DNA of 32,000 bases, from assembly GCF_018739865.1 (NCBI RefSeq), contig NZ_JADOER010000001.1:61899-93898 (forward strand), written 5' to 3'. Positions within the stretch are counted from its first letter, which is position 1; each line of letters opens with the position of its first letter. Below the pieces are notes generated by a model. The model was not told where the DNA came from. It made no database searches and was given only the letters and a program-made list of their open reading frames with translations. Made by a program: the position numbers and the translations under genes. This DNA is from Leptothoe kymatousa TAU-MAC 1615. GTDB lineage: Bacteria; Cyanobacteriota; Cyanobacteriia; Phormidesmidales; Phormidesmidaceae. Positions 10,028 to 16,894 of this stretch are shown here, piece by piece.

Positions 10028-10739
10028 GGGTCTGCTCCAGATGGTTTTCCACCAGCATGCCGGTGACAATACCTGCGATCGCAGCCACCATTAACCCCAG
10101 CTGATGGGGCAGGCCTCTGGCCACCACGGCCCCTATCCCAGAAACAACCACCGTCGCCACCATCGGCCGACTAGAGAGATAGGGCACCACCATGCCAATA
10201 AACGTCGCCACCATGGCAAAGTCCAAACCCCAGCCCGCCGCATTCGGCATCGTCTGCCCCACCGTCAGACCAATCAGCGTACACAGCTGCCAGCTGGTAT
10301 ACATTGCCAACGCCGAGCCCAGCTGAAACCAATGCTTATGGCGAGACAAATCCCCCTGGCGATAGCGCTGGATCGCCACCATAAAATTCTCATCGGTCAG
10401 CCAAAAGCCCAGCGGCAATTTCCACCCCTGGTTTAAGTGCTTAATATAGGGCACCAAACTGACCGCATATAGCAAGTGGCGTAGATTGACCACCCAGGTC
10501 GTCAGCACAATCATGCCCATGGGGGTGCCCGCCGCCAGTAGCCCCAGGGCAATAAACTGAGAAGACCCCGCAAACACAATCACCGACATGCCCATGGCCC
10601 CCGCAAAAGAGAGACCGCTAGACTGGGCCAGGGTGCCAAAAATGATACCAAACGGAATCGCCCCAAAAATCAAAGGGACTGTTTGGCGGGCACCGGCCCA
10701 AAACTCACCCCAGGGGGTCGCATTGGAGACCGTGGTCAT
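10020..10739 (-). CDS. azlC: AzlC-family branched-chain amino acid exporter subunit
   Basis: This is a polytopic membrane protein with AzlC-like segments '[10 protein letters not shown]' and '[14 protein letters not shown]'. It is paired with azlD in the usual order. Confidence 0.82.
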   Translation of the reverse strand: MTTVSNATPWGEFWAGARQTVPLIFGAIPFGIIFGTLAQSSGLSFAGAMGMSVIVFAGSSQFIALGLLAAGTPMGMIVLTTWVVNLRHLLYAVSLVPYIKHLNQGWKLPLGFWLTDENFMVAIQRYRQGDLSRHKHWFQLGSALAMYTSWQLCTLIGLTVGQTMPNAAGWGLDFAMVATFIGMVVPYLSSRPMVATVVVSGIGAVVARGLPHQLGLMVAAIAGIVTGMLVENHLEQTHV

Positions 10740-10774
10740 AAAAAATACCAGGTAGATAAAAGGACCCCTCTAGC

Positions 10775-10878
10775 TTAAGGGCTTGTTAAAAATTAAAATC
10801 ATGGTCTTGTTCCTTCAATTCATGGCTTAACCAGCCTGTTCGCCCTAAACCGTGGGTAGTTTTTTGACAGCTCCCAAG
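10775..10878 (+). repeat. Dispersed ~105-bp repeat, copy B
   Basis: The sequence 'ttaagggcttgttaaaaattaaaatcatggtcttgttccttcaattcatggcttaaccagcctgttcgccctaaaccgtgggtagttttttgacagctcccaag' aligns with copy C in the same orientation, roughly three-quarters identical by eye. It also aligns with the reverse complement of copy A. It contains an internal inverted repeat, ggcttgttaa ... ttaaccagcc. Confidence 0.8.
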
Positions 10879-11162
10879 GGAACCCCACGGCAGCCATCCT
10901 GGGCAAGTTCTGTCACCGCTTTAGGGCATCCACTGTTGTTGTTCAACGCGCGCCCTAGCAACAAGCCCATAGCGTAATATTTGTAACGAAGGGTACTTTT
11001 TCATTAAAGCCACCGCCCCGAGGACTAAACAAACAGGTTAAATGGGCTCCTATGGGTTAAAACTTTACCCAAGAACTCGTGTGATTTAGTTATTAGGGCT
11101 GTAATCATGCGTAGCTTTCGGTAAAACACCCCATATCGATTGTTTGTGCATCGTTAGCCCCA

Positions 11163-12446
11163 ATGAAACAAGTTTTCACCAACAATACGGCAGTACCCAT
11201 TTCGCGGTTTGCCCCCACCAGTGTTAGTTCCAACCTTAACGTTGCCAATATTCCTGGATCGTTACAGCGCATTACGGTCACCCTCAACCTGGTGCACACC
11301 TTTACCGAAGATCTAAGCATCTCTCTATTAGCCCCCAATGGCTCGTCTATTCTATTAGTCGGTAATGAAGGCGGCAGTGGCGACAACTTTTTCGACACCA
11401 CCTTCGACGACGAAGCAGGGGTGCCCATCACCCAGGGCAGAGCGCCTTTTCAAGGTACATTTCGGCCAGAACAGCCCCTGGCCACCTTGCTCAGCAGTGA
11501 CCCCAACGGCACCTGGTCTTTACAGATTCAAGACCAGGCCTTTTTCGATGGCGGCGTGCTCAATCGCTGGTCCCTAGAGCTAGTTTTTGATAGCCCGGTG
11601 CCCGAGCCCGAGCCCACGCCAACTCCCACGCCAACTCCCACGCCCACGCCCACCCCGACGCCCACGCCTGCTCCAGTATCGCAGTTCACCATCGAAATCC
11701 GCTTCCTAGGTGGTCTCACCGCATCTCAGCGGGCCGTATTTGAAACCGCCGCCGCCCGTTGGCAAGAGATTATTATTGGCGATCTACCCACTACAACCAT
11801 CGACGGTGAGACCATCGATGATGTGCGGATCGAAGCGCGGGGCCTTTCCATCGATGGTCCCAACGGTGTGTTGGGGCGGGCAGGTCCCACCCGGTTGCGC
11901 AGTGGTTCGTTGTTGCCTGCCACCGGCGTGATGGAGTTCGACATTGGTGACCTAGCCCGACTAGAGGCCGAGGGGGGCCTGTTGGATGTCATTATCCACG
12001 AGATGGGCCATGTGCTAGGCATTGGCACCATCTGGCAAACCCAGAACTTGTTGGTGGGGGCAGGCACCGCCAACCCGCAATATGTGGGCCAAAATGGTAT
12101 GCGAGAGTTTTCTACCCTGATTGCGGCCCAAGGGATGACACCAATCCCCGTGGCCAATACCGGTGGCCAGGGCACCCGCGATGGCCATTGGCGCGAAGCT
12201 GTTTTTGGCAATGAGCTAATGACCGGCTTCTTAAACCGGGGGCCAAATCCCCTGAGTCGTTTGACCGTAGGTTCCTTAGAAGATTTGGGCTATGCGGTGA
12301 ACTATACGGCGGCAGATCCCTATGGGCTACCGTCGTCGCTAATGTTAGCGGTGATGGGCGTTAACACCGCTGGGGACTACGGCCATCGTCAGTGTCGCAT
12401 GTGCGATGCGGGCATATTGGGGAATCACTTTTTCCCTCAGGTGTAG
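11163..12446 (+). CDS. Zinc metalloprotease, leishmanolysin (M8)-like catalytic domain preceded by an N-terminal P-domain and a (Thr-Pro)n linker
   Basis: The N-terminal ~140 aa ('ITVTLNLVHTFTEDLSISLLAPNGSSILL ... GTWSLQIQD ... WSLELVF') fit the proprotein-convertase P-domain pattern. The linker is 'PEPEPTPTPTPTPTPTPTPTPAP'. The zinc site is 'VIIHEMGHVLG', with a further His 63 residues after the first in 'RDGHWREAVFGNELMTG', which is like the leishmanolysin family signature. There is no N-terminal hydrophobic signal segment. Confidence 0.8.
   Translation: MKQVFTNNTAVPISRFAPTSVSSNLNVANIPGSLQRITVTLNLVHTFTEDLSISLLAPNGSSILLVGNEGGSGDNFFDTTFDDEAGVPITQGRAPFQGTFRPEQPLATLLSSDPNGTWSLQIQDQAFFDGGVLNRWSLELVFDSPVPEPEPTPTPTPTPTPTPTPTPTPAPVSQFTIEIRFLGGLTASQRAVFETAAARWQEIIIGDLPTTTIDGETIDDVRIEARGLSIDGPNGVLGRAGPTRLRSGSLLPATGVMEFDIGDLARLEAEGGLLDVIIHEMGHVLGIGTIWQTQNLLVGAGTANPQYVGQNGMREFSTLIAAQGMTPIPVANTGGQGTRDGHWREAVFGNELMTGFLNRGPNPLSRLTVGSLEDLGYAVNYTAADPYGLPSSLMLAVMGVNTAGDYGHRQCRMCDAGILGNHFFPQV
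11601..11675 (+). repeat. Coding low-complexity (Pro-Glu)2(Thr-Pro)n tract
   Basis: The sequence is 'cccgagcccgagcccacgccaactcccacgccaactcccacgcccacgcccaccccgacgcccacgcctgctcca'. It includes a perfect 12-nt duplication (cccacgccaact x2). Confidence 0.9.
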
Positions 12447-12775
12447 GCCTGCGGGGAGTTGTGTAAGACTCTTAGGAGAGTTTGATGAGCACTCTCTTCT
12501 CTCAGCATATAATGGAGATTGACAACAAGTCTCCCCTCCTGGGAGGGACTGGGGTGGGTTATCAAGAAGCTTTTTCCTATCGGGGATCGGTTACTTGCGT
12601 TGGCGGTTAACCCACTCCGCCTGCGGCACCTCTCCCGAGAGGGGATGGCCTCCTACCACTATTATGTGCCTGTAACAAATATATTCGTGTCTAAATCCTC
12701 AAATTTGTATGTATAACCCCTGACCTAATCGAATACACAAGCTATAGTAAGAGCGAATTATCCTACGCTCAGTCA

Positions 12776-13855
12776 ATGCCTAAAATCCTGATTCTTGGGG
12801 CGAATCCTAACGGTACTACACGACTACGCTTAGATACAGAAGTCCGAGATATCAGCGATGGGTTAGAACGAGCCAAGCGGCGTGATGAGTTTCAGATTGC
12901 CCAGCGGTGGGCCGTGCGACCCCGCGACCTGCAGCGGGCCATGCTGGATGAACAGCCCCAAATCGTACATTTCTCTGGCCATGGGGAAGGGGAAACGGGG
13001 CTATATTTTGAGGATGAAGTTGGCAATGCGCAGCTGGTGACAGGGGACGCGTTGGCTGGGCTGTTTAAGTTATTTAAGAGCCAGCTACAGTGCGTGGTGC
13101 TAAATGGCTGCTATTCCGAAGTGCAGGCCGAAGCGATTTCGGCCCATATTCCCTATGTTATCGGCATGCGGGATGGGGTAAAGGATACGGCAGCCATTGA
13201 GTTTGCGGTTGGTTTCTATGACGCCCTAGGCACTGGGCAGTCGGTGGAGTTTGCCTTTGAGTTTGGCAAAGCGGCCATGGCCCTAGGCGGAGTGGGCGAC
13301 GAAGATTTGCCTGTGTTGCTCCAGTCGGAAACAGGCTCTGCTAGTGGTGGGTCGCCTGCAGCACCTGCCCCCTCGACCCCGTCAAAGCCGGTGGATCCCA
13401 ATCAGCCCTTGAACGTGTTTATTTCCTATTCCCATCGGGATGAAGACCTCAAGGAAGAGCTGGAGGTGCATCTGTCCACCCTGAAGCGACAAAAGAAAAT
13501 TAAACCCTGGCAGGATCGGTCCATTGAGGCCGGAACAGAATGGGACGATGAAATTAAAACCGCCCTGGAAAATGCCCAGATCATCCTGATGCTGGTAACA
13601 CCCCGGTTTATGGCCTCGGACTACATCAACGACATTGAGCTAGCCCATGCCATGAAACGCCACAATGCCGGCACCGCACGGGTGATTCCCATTATCCTCA
13701 AACCGTCGGATGTCAAAGATACGCCATTGAGTAACCTCCAGGCATTGCCCAAGGATGCCAAGCCAGTCACCCGCTGGGATGACCAGGATGAAGCCTTTTT
13801 GGATGTGGTCAAGGGCATTCGTCGGGTGGTAGATTCCCTCACTAAAAACCCTTAG
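12776..13855 (+). CDS. Two-domain effector protein: N-terminal compact caspase/CHAT-like domain + C-terminal TIR domain
   Basis: Residues 1-180 carry 'IVHFSGHG' (His65/His69) and 'VVLNGCYS' (Cys112), the His...Cys order of caspase-fold CHAT domains. Residues 181-210 are a Pro/Ser/Ala linker. Residues 211-345 show the TIR pattern: 'VFISYSHRD', 'WQDRSIEAGTEWDDEI' and 'IILMLVTPRFMASDYINDIELAHA', with candidate catalytic Glu288. Confidence 0.82.
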   Translation: MPKILILGANPNGTTRLRLDTEVRDISDGLERAKRRDEFQIAQRWAVRPRDLQRAMLDEQPQIVHFSGHGEGETGLYFEDEVGNAQLVTGDALAGLFKLFKSQLQCVVLNGCYSEVQAEAISAHIPYVIGMRDGVKDTAAIEFAVGFYDALGTGQSVEFAFEFGKAAMALGGVGDEDLPVLLQSETGSASGGSPAAPAPSTPSKPVDPNQPLNVFISYSHRDEDLKEELEVHLSTLKRQKKIKPWQDRSIEAGTEWDDEIKTALENAQIILMLVTPRFMASDYINDIELAHAMKRHNAGTARVIPIILKPSDVKDTPLSNLQALPKDAKPVTRWDDQDEAFLDVVKGIRRVVDSLTKNP

Positions 13856-13941
13856 CCGCCTCTTCGACTCCGGAGGATGCCCCTGCGGAGAGGCGAGATA
13901 CGGTATCAAAATCCCCAATTCCAGAGCAAACTCTGGGGTAT

Positions 13942-16020
13942 TTGTCCCCTAGCGTGCCGCGACTGCCACCCAAATTTTTACCAAGGTCAGAAGATTTAGG
14001 CGTGCTCAAAACGACAATCTTAGGGTCTAGTCAGCCGCCGGTGGCGGTCACCGGCACCCGACGGGGGCTTAGCATTCAGGGCATGGGGGGCATTGGCAAG
14101 TCGGTGTTGGCGGCGGCCCTTGCCCGGGATAGTGCGGTGCGTCAGGCATTTGCCGATGGGGTGTATTGGGTGTCCCTAGGCCAGGAGCCCAATGTGCTGT
14201 CGTTGCAGACGGAATTAGCACGGGAATTGGGTGACAAAACACCGGACTTTAGTGATGTGTCGGGGGGTAAAAAGTTTTTGACCGAGCTGCTGGCACCGCA
14301 GCGTTGTTTTGTGGTGTTGGATGATATTTGGGATGAACAACATCTGCGGGCATTTGATGTATTGGGGGACCAGGGCCAGATGCTGGTCACCACCCGCGAT
14401 AGTAGCTTGGTGACGGGCATTGGTGCGGTGGAGCACTCGTTGAATTTATTGTCGCCTGACCAGGCCAGGGTGTTGTTGGCGAGGTGGACCGGCTGTGGGG
14501 TAACGGAGCTGCCAACCGAGGCGGATAAGATTGCCAGGGAATGTGGCTATTTGCCCCTGGCGCTGGCCATGGCGGGGGCCATGCTGAAGAAAAGTCGTCG
14601 TTGGGAGTCGGTGTTGCAGCGGCTGCAGCGGGCAGACCTGGATAAGATTCGGCAACAGTTCCCGGACTATGACTATCCAGACCTGCTGAAGATGCTGCAG
14701 GTGAGTGTGGATGCTTTGGAGCCAGAGCTGCAGGAGAGATATTTAGACTTTGCGGTATTTCCAGAGGATGCGCGCATACCGGAGGCGGTATTGCAGACGC
14801 TGTGGGCACCTGTGGGCCTGGATGAGCTGGATGTGGTGGATATTTTGGATGACCTGGTGGCCAAGTCGTTGTTGCGACGGGACGATCAGGAGAATTTGTT
14901 TCTCCATGATTTGCAGTATGACTACATTGGTAAGCAGGTAAAGGATTTGCCTGGGCTGCATCAGCGGTGGTTGGATGCGTATAAAGAAAAATGTGGGCAG
15001 GGTTGGGCCAGCTGCCCCCAGGATGGCTACTTTTTTGGTCAGCTGACGCGGCATTTAAAAGAGGCGGGGCAGGTGGATCAGCTGCGCAGTTTGTTGTTTG
15101 ACTATGACTGGCTGCGGGCACAGCTAACGGCCAATGGCATCAATGGTTTGCTGGCAGATTATGACTGGCTAACGGATGACAAACTGTTGCAGCTGTTGCA
15201 GAGCACATTGCGGCTATCGGCCCATGTGTTGGCCACTAAACCACAACAGCTAAACCAGAGGCTCTGGGGCCACCTGAGGGATAGGGAACAACCAGAATTT
15301 AGCACGTTGTTAACCGAGGGGGCCGCGCAACAACCATCACTGTGGCTGCAACCCCAGCAAGCTAACCTGACGGCCCCCGATGGGGCATTGTTGCGTACCT
15401 TTGAGGGCCATAGCGGCGAGGTCATGTCCGTGGCGCTGAGTGAGGATGGCCGTCATGCGCTGTCAGGGTCATACGACAAGACGATGAAACTGTGGGATGT
15501 GACGACGGGAGAGGCGTTGCGCACCTTTGAGGGCCATAGCGGCGGGGTCAGGTCCGTGGCGCTGAGTGAGGATGGCCGTCATGCGCTGTCAGGGTCAGAA
15601 GACAAGACGATGAAACTGTGGGATGTGACGACGGGAGAGGCGTTGCGCACCTTTGAGGGCCATAGCGGCTGGGTCAGGTCCGTGGCGCTGAGTGAGGATG
15701 GCCGTCATGCGCTGTCAGGGTCATCCGACAATACGATGAAACTGTGGGATGTGACGACGGGAGAGGCGTTGCGCACCTTTGAGGGCCATAGCGGCTGGGT
15801 CGGGTCCGTGGCGCTGAGTGAGGATGGCCGTCATGCGCTGTCAGGGTCATCCGACAATACGATAAAACTGTGGGATCTGACCACGGACAACTGTTTAGCC
15901 ACCTTCTGTGGCGACCATTCATTCTATGCCTGTGACCTATCTGCCGATGGCGTCACCATTGTTGCGGGCGACCAAGCAGGCACCGTCCATTTCTTTTCTG
16001 TTATCACACCAGAGCCTTAG
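13942..16020 (+). CDS. STAND NTPase of the NB-ARC / Apaf-1 (AP-ATPase) type with C-terminal WD40 repeats and no N-terminal effector domain
   Basis: NB-ARC motifs are Walker A 'GMGGIGKS', Walker B 'CFVVLDDIWD', 'LVTTRD', 'GYLPLALAMAG' and the MHD-equivalent 'LFLHDL'. A helical region 'LLFDYDWLRAQL...LLADYDWL' resembles Apaf-1 HD2. Four near-identical WD40 units plus one degenerate unit follow. The start is uncertain: TTG 13942 or GTG 13954. The first ATG (14083) lies inside the Walker A motif. Confidence 0.85.
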   Translation: MSPSVPRLPPKFLPRSEDLGVLKTTILGSSQPPVAVTGTRRGLSIQGMGGIGKSVLAAALARDSAVRQAFADGVYWVSLGQEPNVLSLQTELARELGDKTPDFSDVSGGKKFLTELLAPQRCFVVLDDIWDEQHLRAFDVLGDQGQMLVTTRDSSLVTGIGAVEHSLNLLSPDQARVLLARWTGCGVTELPTEADKIARECGYLPLALAMAGAMLKKSRRWESVLQRLQRADLDKIRQQFPDYDYPDLLKMLQVSVDALEPELQERYLDFAVFPEDARIPEAVLQTLWAPVGLDELDVVDILDDLVAKSLLRRDDQENLFLHDLQYDYIGKQVKDLPGLHQRWLDAYKEKCGQGWASCPQDGYFFGQLTRHLKEAGQVDQLRSLLFDYDWLRAQLTANGINGLLADYDWLTDDKLLQLLQSTLRLSAHVLATKPQQLNQRLWGHLRDREQPEFSTLLTEGAAQQPSLWLQPQQANLTAPDGALLRTFEGHSGEVMSVALSEDGRHALSGSYDKTMKLWDVTTGEALRTFEGHSGGVRSVALSEDGRHALSGSEDKTMKLWDVTTGEALRTFEGHSGWVRSVALSEDGRHALSGSSDNTMKLWDVTTGEALRTFEGHSGWVGSVALSEDGRHALSGSSDNTIKLWDLTTDNCLATFCGDHSFYACDLSADGVTIVAGDQAGTVHFFSVITPEP
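15391..15894 (+). repeat. Four tandem 126-bp (42-codon) near-identical WD40-coding units
   Basis: Units start at 15391, 15517, 15643 and 15769. Units 1-3 differ from their neighbour at only 5 of 126 nt. Each encodes 'LRTFEGHSGxVxSVALSEDGRHALSGSxDxTMKLWDVTTGEA'. Confidence 0.97.
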
Positions 16021-16894
16021 CTGCCGACATATAAGCAAAGCTCCCCACTCCCCTACATCAAAAAATCTCTTGCCAACTGCACGACCTTTCCCCTTCAAAC
16101 TAACGGATCGCCTTGGCTCTTATCCAATTCTTTACCCAACCTTAAACGACAGTTTCATAAAAGCGCTCGTAACCAAAGACATTTTTTGATTTAAACATTA
16201 AAATAACAATAATTGTGTTGATATGTTAACTCGTTGTGGAGCTTGCTACAGGCCGGTTTGCACATGACACCCCAAAAAATATGCTTGGGTGAAAAGCGCA
16301 GGGAGAGCACGCCAACCCATAAAGCCTAGGAAAAGTCCCATATACATTACGTAAAGACATTGTATTTATACGTATTTGCTGATTTGCAGCACCAAGCCAT
16401 CTGAAAAAGTCTTATGTCCCATTTTTTTTCGGATTCCATCATCCCCTGGATAAGAATCAGTAACGCCCCCGGTCTTTACTTATCTTTTTGCAAGCCCCTG
16501 TCCTCAGGCGTATGCACAACAATAAAATCCCAACAGGATTCTGTTATGCCGCTTCTGCCTTAGGCAGGCATAAGTTAGAGAGGGCGGCTAAATCTCTTTT
16601 TTTTAATGGTTCCCAAATAGCCTAGGACAAGGATTCCCTTCGCAAGGCTGCCGTGTATACACATCAAAGGGGGATTTAGGGGGCCAGGGAGGGGGCTGGA
16701 TCACTTGCGCTAACGATCGAAGCCCCCTCCGTTGAGCTCCTGACGTAGGTTGGGTAGAACTCCGTGAAACCCAACACCCTAGGCTAGCAACAACAACTCT
16801 CCTAGGCACGCGAAAAATAACGCTCTACCCATAGTTCAACAACAGTTAATTCCTTACCCATAACACCCGTCTTTTTATTCATACGATCCTCCAT

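Noticed and set aside
10104-10436. 110-aa His/Arg-rich plus-strand ORF
   Set aside because: It is antisense to azlC, and its composition is implausible.
10780-10836. Compensatory base changes in the internal stem of the ~105-bp repeat, as evidence for a structured RNA
   Set aside because: Comparing the three copies, the mismatches fall at different stem positions and are not paired substitutions. Three copies are too few, so I make no RNA-structure claim.
11726-12211. 161-aa minus-strand ORF, together with 11105..11431, 11528..11719 and 11710..11931
   Set aside because: These are shadow ORFs within or overlapping the metalloprotease gene. 11528..11719 is the antisense (Gly-Val)n image of the (Thr-Pro)n tract.
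12482-12513. TTGATG ... TATAAT as a promoter for the CHAT-TIR gene
   Set aside because: The spacer between the hexamers is 20 nt, against the optimal 17. It lies about 260 nt upstream of the start, which is not enough to call.
12519-12716. 65-aa ORF in the spacer upstream of the CHAT-TIR gene
   Set aside because: It has a TTG start and no RBS. The sequence is dominated by G/C-rich mini-hairpins ('tcccctcctgggaggga', 'cctctcccgagagggg') typical of cyanobacterial intergenic repeats. It is more likely non-coding.
14387-15121. 244-aa minus-strand ORF, together with 14142..14420, 14215..14436, 14743..15054 and 15159..15425, antisense to the NB-ARC gene
   Set aside because: These ORFs are entirely antisense to a gene with unmistakable NB-ARC motifs. 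Their products are Pro/Ala/Ser-rich and low in complexity. This is the usual shadow-ORF artefact of GC-rich coding DNA.
15391-15894. Regular 126-bp periodicity, considered as a possible CRISPR-like or satellite array
   Set aside because: The units are contiguous with no spacers. They are in frame and encode canonical WD40 blades (GH...WD), so this is a coding repeat. I saw no CRISPR array anywhere in the window.
15674-15922. 82-aa minus-strand ORF with an internally repeated sequence (…MTLTAHDGHPHSAPRT… twice)
   Set aside because: Its repetition is simply the antisense image of the 126-bp WD40 units. It has no independent support.
16603-16809. 68-aa minus-strand ORF in the 874-bp leader
   Set aside because: It is the translation of generic repeat and hairpin DNA (…LGCWVSRSSTQPTS… from the GTAGGTTGGGT/ACCCAAC hairpin). 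It is not a gene.
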